Assembly (NCBI GenBank): GCA_964270895.1
Contig: OZ185439.1
Strand: one strand, 5' to 3'
Origin: Podarcis filfolensis
Lineage: Eukaryota
Length of the DNA: 64,000 nt
Part shown: positions 1-10,507 of the stretch, one piece after another
How the letters are laid out: each line of letters begins with the position of its first letter
Numbering within the stretch: the stretch's first letter is position 1
Made by a program: the position numbers and the translations under genes
Notes under the pieces: model-generated
The model's database searches: none
Seen by the model: only the letters and a program-made list of their open reading frames with translations
Told to the model about the DNA's origin: nothing

Positions 1-1899
1 CTCATAGTACCGTCCAGTGAAGCTTTTTCAGTTGGTTCAGGGACATCTTCCATTTGGCTTATATGGCACTGTTCAGAATTTGGAGGCCAGCTGTGACATG
101 TTTGCAAAGCACTTTAAGGATCATAATTGCTCATATCCTTGGTGACATGGATGTGAAAATGGAATCAGGTCTGTCTATGGAAGTGTCCACTTTTGAGAAT
201 GGAGACAGTTAAAATGCACTTGTATTTTACCCAGAAAAAGTGCATTGAAAAGTATGTATTGGGGAAACACAAAGAAAAATGTCTTCAATAATGCATATAC
301 TGTACTGTACAATAAGGCGTACAATTTGAATGTGCACTTTTCATTCAATCTTTCGAAAGATCCATATACAAACAGTATAGAATGGATGTATGATTGAGTG
401 CCAGTGAAAATGAAATGGGATGGACTTAGGCTGATCTGTCCATTCTTAGTCATGGCATCCTGCATTTGTTTGCTGCTCTGTGTGTCCTCTGGAGAAAGAC
501 CATTGGAATTGATTTCTGAGTGCTCCCTTCCTGCACTGTAAAAACGGGTATCAGGACTGTTGTTCTCCAGATGTTGTTGAACAACTCCCATCATCCTAGG
601 ATAACATGGCCAAAGATTAGGGAAGATGGAATTTCTAGTATAACAGCAACAAATGAAGTACACCACATTGACTTCCCCTGTCTACAAATCAGCCATTAGT
701 CTAATTCACAGATACAGTACTTTTTCTCTCTAGTATTATTTATATTTGTCACTTACCTATGGTCACCTCACCCACCACCCAGGTCATATTTTTGTATACC
801 ACCCTTTGATCATTTTCTGAGGTAACACCTAATTAGTAATCATTGCCATCTACATTTCTGAAAACTATGGAAATTTGCTCTCCATTTCAGGTCCTTGGAC
901 TTAGGAAGATATGGTCACATTCCCTAGCTTCCTATTCTTCTTTCTTCTTTCTTGTTTGGGGAACCCTAGCATTACTTTCCACTCCCTGGTTTCCGCACCC
1001 AAAGCTGTTCTTTTCTCGGTCTGTAGCTTTCTCCACTCGCTGTTTATCAATTTATCTATTTGTCGATCTCACCTTTCTCTTTATTTCCTGTGACTGAGTG
1101 TGTCTTGTTCTCCCTTGTTCTCAGCCATGTCTTTAAATCTATGAAATGGTTTTCAATTGTCAGCTTCATCCCTACATTTCTATGGCAACGGCAAATTCCT
1201 GTCCTACTCCTCTCTCCCCACCCACCCCAGCCCGGCCCGGCCCTCCTCCCATGTAGTGGATAAGCTGTGAGAATGCTGACAAGCTGTTGAGCACCAGGTA
1301 ATTTATCTCCTAAAGCAGACAGCTGTGGCAAAAGGAAGAAGGGAGAGCAGGGCAGAGAGGTTGGGAGGGAGGCAGCCAGGAGGGGGTTGCCCTGCCAAGA
1401 TGGGGGCGGAAGGGAGGTCACGGAACAAAGGTTTGCAAGGGCTGGTGTTTGCAAACAAGGGAGAATGAGCAGGGAAAGGTGCTAAAATCCCCCTTACAGA
1501 TATGGGCAGATGGTGCAATGTTTGCTAAATGGCTGTTTGCAATTCCATTGAGTGCTGCAGAGCCATAACCATAGCTCCGGGGTAGGGGCAACAGACCTGG
1601 CAGAGCTGTGGCACACTGGGGCACTGACCTGGGATGCATTAAGTAGCACTTGAGGCTGGAACACCTGGCACCTTTGCCATTTAGCCACAAGCATGCACCT
1701 GAGTTGCAGGGTTTCTCCCTCATCCTGAGTGCCCACCCTCCCTCCCGGCAAATGCCTGGGCTGCTCTAGTGCGTTTTCTGCTTCCCTGTATTCCCTCCCC
1801 CTTTGTGTTCTATGATCCAGAGAAGGCCAAGTGATGGGTGGGTTACAAAGGAGGGGGGGAGGCTGCTTTGTGATAACAGTAATTCAAATGGGGATGACA

Positions 1900-2300
1900 G
1901 AGTGCATAGCTGGTAGCCAAGGGAAGTCAATCGCTTTCATATCGGAGATAATAAATACTGCAGGAAGGGAGAGAGGAGTCCATATGCATAGCATTATTAT
2001 GCGCCTCTTTATAAATAAAGGAAATATATTTTATGCTCTTTAATGACCTTCAAATTAACAGCTCTTTGAAAGCACTTATGTATATTTAATTTGAAATGGT
2101 GTTGAAAGCCTGAGTGGGGATCGCAGCGAAAGCAGCAGGCAGCCAGTTTTTAAATAAGAGTAAACTCGGGCCATTATTTCTCAGCCTGTCAGCTTTCCCT
2201 GGATTTAATGTACCAATTTTTAAAAGAGAAAACCTTTTCTTTCCTCCTTTGTGCTTTAAAGCTCTCCAGGATCCTTCTTTGCAGGCTACAGCAGCAGCTT
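1900..2300. promoter_or_regulatory. Candidate conserved non-coding element (intronic enhancer-like)
   Basis: Non-repetitive, AT-rich, complex sequence dense in TAAT/TTAAT/ATTA homeodomain-type cores (e.g. TTAATGACCTTCAAATTAACAGC). The resemblance to vertebrate CNEs is an impression only; conservation was not tested. Confidence 0.3.
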
Positions 2301-4309
2301 AGGACTGTATTTAATTGTTCCCCCCTTTCTTTTTCTGCTTTGTATCGCTTCTCTTGAGTAACAGCTTTCACTGATGGGTCACTCTTAGGTATACAAAGAA
2401 TTAGGCTCCCCAGTGACCTGGATAGTGTGTGCTAGTTTATGATTACCGATGTGTCATCGTGGGATTATTTCCTGCAGCATGTTGTGCAACTAGCCTGGTG
2501 CATGACATCCATGACCTACAAGTCATCAGGTACTTTGTGCTGTGGAGACTTGTGTTATTTATGCCCTTGCTGTAGACAGGAGGGAGGCATCCAATGCCTG
2601 ATGCATACAGAAGCTTTCACTTCTTGCTTTTGAACAGAAATACGCTGAATAAGTATGGGCATTTCTTACTGTACTCATCAAGCTGGGGTAGCCAAAGTGG
2701 TGGTCCAGATATTGTGGACTACAGTTCCCATTATCCTGAACCATTGGCCATGTTGTGTTGGCTGGAGCTGATGGGAATTGTTGTAGAGGGAACACATTGG
2801 CTGTCCCTGTCATAGAACATTTCTTCTTGCAAGTAGAATCAGGAAGCTCCAGAGTTTTGATCATGGGTTGGGAATCTCTGGTTCATGGGCCTAATTTGGT
2901 CCAGTAACCTCTCCAATTGGCCTGGGAGATCATTTTGGCCAAGCTCACCGGCTCACATCTGATGACATCAGGTGTGGGGCATATAAAGACCTGGATTAGC
3001 CTTAAGGGGTTGCCAGGTACTGCTGATCAATTCTACATTCTAAAACTCTCCACAATTGGTCTTGTGGCATAGTTTCAAACCATGCAAGCTAAAAAAAAAA
3101 AAAGTCACCTGATGTCATTGTGATGTCAGGTGATTATCAGGTGAGCGGGCCCCCTCAGCTATCAGTTTGACCCATGGGGACGGGAGATATAACGATCTCA
3201 CCCATTGGGTAGAGTAACCCATGAATGTAATTGTGGAGAGTGTTGATTTCTATATTATGCACACCTTCCCTTTTTTTTCCCCTTATGAAAGGACAATTTT
3301 CATTCATGGGTAGAGAATGAATGGGGTGAGAAATGGCTATTTATTTTTGTGTGTGGAATTTCTCTCCTAGTACAGATATTTTCATAATCTGTACATTATC
3401 AGAACTTTTTTCTTCATACCATTGTTTCCATCAAACATCTGGGCTGAAATAAAGTAGTGGGATTTGAGGAAGGCTGGCATGAACAGTTTCCTATTTTTGT
3501 TGAAATATAAACCAGAAGCCAAAGGTTGGTTTTTAATCAATGTGATCTTCAGATCTTACTTTACCAGCTCCCATCCACCTTTCCCCTCTGTGTGGACTGA
3601 CTCTTGAATTTTATTCCTTTCACAGATCTGCCCTTCTGGTCATATCCTCATTTCCTACCTTTTTTCAGACTCTTATATTTCTGTGTGTTTCTCCCAGTCC
3701 ACTGTATCTCTCCCACTCCTTTATTTTTTTTTAAAAAACCCCTCACCACCCTTGACCTTTTGCCTTCCCAGTTCCTGTTTCTTCTGTTCCTACTTCACTA
3801 GACCATCAAGTGAAACGAGAGCAGCCTAGCTATACTTACTAAGGGTTCAGCAGAGCAGAAGGCCTCACCGGAGGCAATTTGACTACAATGTTATCACTAA
3901 GTAAGTTCTACCAGGAACAGTTTGAGGCAAATAGCTCCAAGAGCTGCAGGTGTAGATCTATATAGGCATATATATTTGAGATCCAGCACTCTTAGAGCTG
4001 GTTGCAGATCAAAGACAAGCACATGCAGAATCATTGCTGTTTCCTATTCATTCCTTTTCATCCATTAAATATGTACCAAAAATCTGTACAATGATGTCTT
4101 GAGTACCATATCCTCCTTCCCCTTTTAAACCTGCTAACCTTGGTAGTGTTGCACCTATTTTCTCACTGTGTGTGAACAACACGTTGATTATATATTTCAG
4201 TAGTTTCTTTCTGAGCAGAGTTGGGCAAAAAGTTAGAGAATTAGTTTTTTTAAAATCCCATCAGAAGTATTGCTTTTATTTTTTATAATTGCAAATAATT
4301 TTCTTCCAG

Positions 4310-4372
4310 GATCATGAGAACTTGGTCTGCAACAGACAGATGCATAACCCAACCGTTTCCTGTCATCACAAG
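4310..4372 (+). CDS. Candidate internal coding exon (63 nt) of an unidentified gene; phase-0 reading DHENLVCNRQMHNPTVSCHHK
   Basis: Long T-rich tract ending TTTTCTTCCAG|G at 4309/4310 and donor AAG|GTATAA at 4372/4373. Length is a multiple of 3 and two of three frames are open. Confidence 0.5.
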
Positions 4373-6075
4373 GTATAATCGGGCAGACTTCCCACTATTT
4401 GGAGGAATAATGTTTGCAATACAATGTGTTGGCAGAGAAACTGGAGGGTGTAGCTGATTCTGATGCTGTAGGAGTTTTCCAGCTGGCAGGGACAGGGAAC
4501 ACAGAGCATCATTTATGCATTATGGTTTTGGGTGAATTACTATGATTACTGCTGCTGATTTGCAACTGCAAGCTACACATTTGCAATTTGAGAAAGCAAG
4601 GTAGATTCTCCCTTTGATCTGCAAATGCTCCTAATAAGTTTTAACTACAATGTGTTCACTTGGAAAGCTGTCAAATCTTAGGGCTTCCTTTTAAAAATTC
4701 ATCTTTCTAACTGTAGCGAATGAATCTTAATGTGAACCAGCTCCCTGCTCTGGGCCTATTTTTGTGTTTCGGTAGCAGGCAAATCAATTTGTAAAATGTA
4801 AAAGGCTTTACTTTTCTGATCATAGGTTAAATCACAACTCGTGCTGTGCAACTAGGCATTTTGCATCTGGTTCCCCTCTAAAGCTCTGAGTGAGCAAAAG
4901 AAGACGATCTACATAGATGTTCTTCATTTGCATGTCATACTCTGATTTGGGGGCTCTCTTTCACAAGAACTTGCCAAGATGGAAACTTTCCAGTAACAGC
5001 CTGGCAGCCTTCCAAATTATTTTGAACAGTGGATGAAAATTTACAGAAGACTCCCTAGACCTTGAAGCAGAAAATTTGTTGTTAAAAAAAAGTCATAAAA
5101 ATAGTAAGAAAACTAGTCCCTGTACTCCTCTACTCCATATTTAATTGCTTGTAAACAACAAAACTCTTTGCTGGGAGGTGGGGAATCAAAAGAAAGGTGG
5201 AAAGGAGATTCTTCCAGTCAATGGTGCATGAATAACGAATCACCACAATTATATATATTCAAGCTTTTCCTATCACCACTTCTCTCTTTTAGGTCCTTCT
5301 CTTTCTCTCCTCACACCCTGCCAGTGGGTGGTATTCAGCTATGGATTACTCATAGGATAGGCCACTACAATCAATGAAAATGACTAACTTTGGTTCTTCA
5401 ATTTTTAGTAGACCTACTCTGAGTAGACCATAGTTGAATACCATCCAATATACTTTTAGCTGTTAAACCTAACCCTTATTCAGAAACGCTCAAGATTAGC
5501 TTCAAGTGGGCATATTTAGAACCTGCAAATGCTTATTTTGTAAACCACTTTGAGGTGGGGTTTTTTTTTTTAAACAATCAAGCAGGGTATAAATTTTATG
5601 AAATAAATAAAATAACTGAAGAAGCTGAAGCTCTGGCAATTGCCTGTATAGGTGGGGATGTTCGCGCTTTTGCAGAAAATAGGAGAACCCCCCCCCCACA
5701 AATTTATTGTGCTCTTGTTATTTCATTTTTATACCACAAACTCTCATAAAAATATATCTATGTGGTGTACAAAATCTCAATTAGGACCAAACAACATAAT
5801 AAGTGAAATCAAACAGAATACATTCAAGAAACAGACTTGAAAATGGGTCATCTGACAAGAAGATGACAAAAAGCTATAAATCATTTTCATAAGAAAGCTT
5901 TTATTATAAGGCTTAAGTCACATCTCTGTGACCCAACAGCAGACCAGTATGGATGTTTGTATTAATTTACTGAGGGAGAGGGGGAAATGTGAAGGGAGAA
6001 TTGTGAAGATGAAGATAGGGATGGTTAACACATGAGACACAGAACAAACCATTGAATGTAGGTCTGAAGGAAGTA

Positions 6076-6246
6076 CAGTATTTTCCCGTGTATAAGACTA
6101 GGTTTTTTCCCTAAAAAATAATGTCAAAAATTGAGGGGCATCTTATACATGGATACATCTCCCCCCCCCCCATTTTCTTAAATTGGGGTCCCCCAAAATA
6201 GGGGGCGTCTGATACATGGAGGCGTCTTATAGACGGAAAAATACGG
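6076..6246. mobile_element. Tc1/mariner (Tc2-like) MITE, 171 bp
   Basis: 23-bp TIRs CAGTATTTTCCCGTGTATAAGAC / GTCTTATAGACGGAAAAATACGG (3 mismatches), flanked by TA at 6074-6075 and 6247-6248. Confidence 0.85.
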
Positions 6247-6407
6247 TACATAAGACCGCAGGGCAGTTTTTGAAGGAACAATCATTTGCCACTGTGCAAT
6301 TGGCTGCATTTTACACTCATCACATGAGAGGCAGACAAGTTATGGCAGCTGAGAATTCTAAAGGTGCCTTCTAGACCACAAGAACGTGAGTAAACTGGAA
6401 GTGTTTG

Positions 6408-6419
6408 CTTGACGTCAAG
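6408..6419. promoter_or_regulatory. Full palindromic CRE (CREB/ATF) site
   Basis: CTTGACGTCAAG is a perfect 12-bp palindrome containing TGACGTCA with its CpG intact; TTACGTG lies directly downstream. Confidence 0.4.
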
Positions 6420-6819
6420 TTACGTGAAAGTGAGGCACTGTTGGTGATAATTTTTTTCCTTATCACTATTCAGCTAGCAGAGAATGAGATAGTGAAAAGA
6501 CAAAGGCCTGTTAGTCAGCAGTGTTTCCTGGTCTCTGAGCATGACACCAAGAATGATGTCACTCCAAGGTGTCCTTGACTGCTGATTGTCCAGTGGTTGC
6601 CAACCCAGTGCCAGTGGGTGCCATGTGCCCATGAAGGCTTTCAAAGGTGCCCTTGGGCATGGGGCCTAGACTCTGACTTTCCTTTTTTCTAACACTTTGG
6701 AAAGAAACAGGTAGGTAGTCGTGTTGGTCTGCCGTAGTCGAAACAAAATAAAAAAATTCCTTCCAGTAGCACCTTAGAGACCAACTAAGTTTGTTATTGG
6801 TATGAGCTTTTGTGTGCAT

Positions 6820-6857
6820 GTATCTGAAGAAGTGTGCATGCACACGAAAGCTCATAC
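6820..6857 (+). ncRNA. Minimal type I hammerhead ribozyme motif
   Basis: GTAT-CTGAAGA-A-GTGTGC(AT)GCACAC-GAAA-GC-TC-ATAC. Stem I is GTAT/ATAC, the core is CUGANGA, stem II is GTGTGC/GCACAC, followed by GAAA, palindromic AGCT stem III and a UC cleavage site (cut after 6853). Confidence 0.7.
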
Positions 6858-6862
6858 CAATA

Positions 6863-7084
6863 CAGTGGACGCTCGGATTGTGAACCTGATCCGTTCGGGA
6901 TGCACATTCTCAACCAGCAGCATTCGCAACCCACGTATGCACACAAACGGGTTGCGATTCGGTGCTTCTGCGCATGCATGTCCGCCGAATCCTGGAAGTA
7001 ACCCATTCCAGTATTTCCGTGTTTCGGTGGTACGTAACCCAAAAAAACCCACAACCTGAAGCGACTATAACCAAGGTATGACTG
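6863..7084. mobile_element. Tigger/pogo-like MITE, 222 bp
   Basis: Ends CAGTGGACGCTCGG...ACCAAGGTATGACTG with TA at 6861-6862 and 7085-7086. The opposite palindrome arm gives the empty site with a single TA. Confidence 0.9.
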
Positions 7085-8903
7085 TAACAAACTTAGTTGG
7101 TCTCTAAGGTGTTACTGGAAGGATATTTTTTTTTCTTTTGGAAAGAAAGTTATGGGGCAAGATGTACAGGAACCTTCTAAATGATTTCTGTGAAATAAAA
7201 GTAAGGCATGGCCACCGTGTGTGTGTGTGTGTATTCATTCTGGTGCTGAAAAGTGCTCCTTGCTGCTATTAGACAGTGTGTATGCAAAATCAATACTGTG
7301 TGATTTAGGACCAGCAAAGACATTGCTGACTTCCCATGGTAAACCTAAGGTTGTCAGGGGTAGCTGTCTCTCTCTTTTAGTGTTATGCCACACACACCCC
7401 TTAGCAGCTATTGTGTGACTGGTGCTGCCCGCAATCCCACAAATTTTGAAATGTGCTCTCTGGCCAAAAAGGCTGGGGAAGCCTGCCGCAGATACTCAAT
7501 AGTCACACCCTGGCTACTTCTCAGGTGGTGATTGTGACATGTAACCAGACTCCAAATCCCAGTTTCATATATGAGGAAGTTAAAAGTGCATTTGGAAATT
7601 ATATAGCCTATCCTTATCAACATTATTGCCCAAATAGTTCTTATCTCATACCTTTTTAAAGTCAGGTGTGATATTTGTAAAGTAGTGGGAAAATCCATTT
7701 TGAATACATAAGCATTTTCCCCCCATTTTAAGTTGAAATTTCAGTGTGACAAGTAGAGACCCAGTGGCCAAATTTAATGACAGAGCTACACCAAATGTCC
7801 AGTCTTCATCTTGTGCTCTTGCATATTATGCCAAATTACTCCTTCTATAACTTAAAAAATAATAATTTCCCCCTTACTTTTTATTTCTCCCACTGGTGTA
7901 TTGTGTCTATTTTTTCCCTTTAGAACTATTTCCCTCTGCTAGTAATAGCACTGAAGTTACCAGGGCTGCACCATGATTGAATTTGTCCCTGTTTCTTTCT
8001 GATTATCCTCAGGGGTCTCATTAGGTAACCAAACCCTTGTTTTGAAGGTGGGGAGAAGGGATGAAAATTATGGTTAACATCACTGCAATTCTCCATGCTA
8101 ATTAGCAATGAGTGGGACTGACAGCATGAAATATAGCCCATGCCAAGAGCTGTGTTGCAGGAGGAGGATGCCTGGAGAGTTTCTTATCTAAAATGCAAAT
8201 TGTGATTTCCAAAGACTATCAGGAAGATGAGTAATTGGTACAAGACACCACTAGCCCATCTTTAAATAAATAATAGTATTTTCAGTTTTTAAAAAAACAA
8301 CAACAACGAACTTTTGCAATAACTTTTTAGGAAGGGGCATATAGAACTGAATTTGGGATTTGCACACATTCCCCCCTCCACGATTTCCCCATTCTTCCAT
8401 TGAATAGATGCACTGGTTTAGTCTGAAGGGAGCAAGATATCCTGATGTTCAACATTAAAGGAAAGACCAGATGGTCACCATGACTTCCTTTTGAGCATAC
8501 TCCAAATACAGTGGAACAAGTGGAGGCCAGTGGCTTTGTGTGATAGTGTGCTCTAGTAAACATCTTCCTTTTCTCCCATAAGCTCTTAGTTTCGCACCTG
8601 GCTAACAGCCTGTAGCAAGGCCACCTGACTATTCTAGCTCACATTCCACAGTATGGTGTGCATGAGCAAAACTGTTGTTTCCCAGGACAGTGTGTACATG
8701 TGGGATCTTGGAGAGGCACTTATGTCCACTTTGTTTGCCATTGGGCCTGTTTGCTCCCATACTGCACCGAACTAAGTCAAGGTTTGGCTTAGCATGTGGT
8801 CCAAACAGGACTCATGGTTAAACTTCACACTTTGTGCTGTAGCTAAAAACAAACCACAGCAAATAATAAACTTCGACTACAACTCATGGTTAGTGAGGAG
8901 AGA

Positions 8904-9241
8904 TGAAATATGCTTGGATTCGAGAGTGGATTTCATGCTCTTTATTCAGCTCATAGTGGTAAGGAGGAATGGGAGTTCCCCCAGAATGTCTGCTTTATAT
9001 ACATTATTTACACAATGGGCCCCAAGTGATTGGCTAATTCTGGGATTCTCCTGTAGGCCAATCAGGTTGCGGATTCACTTCCACCTGGAGTTGGATTGGG
9101 TGGCTCCTGTGGACCAATCAGACTGCTGCATTCTGAATCCTATTGTTCTAGGACCAATCAGACTGCTGCATTCTGAATTCTATTGTTCTAGGAGCAATCA
9201 GACTGCTGCATTTTGAATCCTATTCAACTCAGTACATAACA
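8904..9241 (-). mobile_element. Solo LTR, 338 bp
   Basis: The minus strand reads TGTTATG...ATTTCA (TG...CA). Perfect 5-bp TSD AGAGA at 8899-8903 and 9242-9246. Minus-strand TATATAAAG and a downstream AATAAA occur in LTR order. Confidence 0.85.
9111..9223. repeat. 40-bp tandem repeat, about 2.8 copies, inside the solo LTR
   Basis: Unit GGACCAATCAGACTGCTGCATTCTGAATCCTATTGTTCTA at 9111 and 9151, with a partial copy at 9191; 1-2 substitutions between units. Confidence 0.95.
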
Positions 9242-9744
9242 AGAGAGCTTAACTATGAATCCTGGTTCAGATGGCATGGGAGTCCAAACTTTGGCTATGC
9301 TCATCATGATTCAGTAAGGACCAGGGAAAGAGCAAAGGACCCGCAAGCTCATTTCCAGGAGCCCATATGTCTTGTGTGGTTCAAGTAAACAATAGTTTGG
9401 CTTACCATGTTACATGAACCAGGCCTATATGTGCAGAAGAACTGAGTAGTTTGTTCTACCTAGGCCTTTCTTCAGTGTTTTTGCCATGTCACAATACCAC
9501 TTCTGATGCTCTGCTCTGCCATGTTTATCATCTCCATCCCATTTTCTAGATTTGTGCCTATTCTCTGTCCCTGTCATGGGGTGACTCACAGGCCAAAATA
9601 TGTGGTGCTTCTGCTGAACTTCCAGTTAATGGGAAAGAGCTGTGGTAGTGATGAGACAGATGATAGGAACATATTATGAAAAATATAACAAGAATGTCTG
9701 CATCTTCCATTGATCTATTTGAGGGAGAAACATAAACAGACATG

Positions 9745-10110
9745 GCCAAGTTTAGCTTGATAAAATGGAGACTGAGAGGAGATATGATAGCCATCTTCAA
9801 ATATATAAAGGGCTGTCACATGGAAGATGGAGTAACCTTGTCCTCTTCTGCTCTTGCGGGACTAATGGCTTCTAGTTACAATAAAGGGGATTCTGATTAA
9901 ACCTCAGGAAATACTTTTTTACAGTAAGAGCTGTTCGACAGTGGAAGAGTCTCCCTCAGGAGGTGGTTGACTCCCTTCCATTGCAGGTTTTTAAGCAGAA
10001 GTTGGCTGGTCATCTGTCATGAATGCTTCAGTTGAGATTCCTGCATTGCAAAGGGTTGGTCTATATTACCCTTTTGGTCCCTTCCAACTCTACGATTTAT
10101 TATTCTATTA
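9745..10110 (+). mobile_element. CR1 LINE 3' fragment
   Basis: Degraded RT C-terminus (FSL..WRLRGDMIAIFKYIKGCH..., TVRAVRQW..LP.EVV) followed by the CR1 3' end CCCTTCCAACTCTACGATT..ATTCTAT. Confidence 0.9.
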
Positions 10111-10466
10111 TCCTGTTTTCAATATACCGTGCTGAGGAGTATGTTCCTCCAAACATAACTAGACCACAGTTGCTGTCATTATTGTAGACTGTTGAGTAAT
10201 CTTTGTGTGTTTTGTACGCTAAGCCTGGCGTTGCACTGTAGTATACAGATACTATTTAACAAGGGCTACACGGCTTGTCCCTCTCCATGTAGATGCTGTA
10301 CTTTCAAAACACAAATGTCTTATTTGTGTAATGGTTGCATTTCTGATAGTGCTAGTTATTTTCCTTACATTTCCCAGTTTTTATCAAAGGAAGCATATAA
10401 TGCCACTGTTAGGGTGAAAGTGAGTCCAGTAATTAGGAAGCAAGCATTGAATCTGTAGCAAATTAG

Positions 10467-10467
<1 letters not shown>

Positions 10468-10505
<38 letters not shown>
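10468..10505. repeat. (AC)19 microsatellite
   Basis: Read directly from the sequence. Confidence 0.98.

Positions 10506-10507
<2 letters not shown>

Larger units (their letters stand above)
6710..7130. mobile_element. Penelope-like element terminal (pseudo-LTR) fragment arranged as an inverted repeat, interrupted by a MITE
   Basis: With 6863-7086 removed, arm 6758-6820 pairs with 6837-6862+7087-7123 (63 bp, 2 mismatches, 16-nt spacer). The sequence resembles reptile Penelope termini from memory and carries a hammerhead motif. Confidence 0.7.

Noticed and set aside
175-666. Longest ORF (163 aa, minus strand)
   Set aside because: It runs through a hAT MITE relic (about 555-610) and an AT-rich Phe/Leu-biased stretch. 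No domain was recognised and there is no convincing donor.
3836-3906. 54-55 nt exon candidates on both strands (GTAAGT on each side)
   Set aside because: The polypyrimidine tracts are poor on both strands, no peptide was recognised, and the symmetry is compatible with chance.
9111-9223. CRISPR-like reading of the 40-bp repeats
   Set aside because: The units are directly adjacent with no unique spacers, lie inside an LTR, and the genome is eukaryotic with no cas genes.
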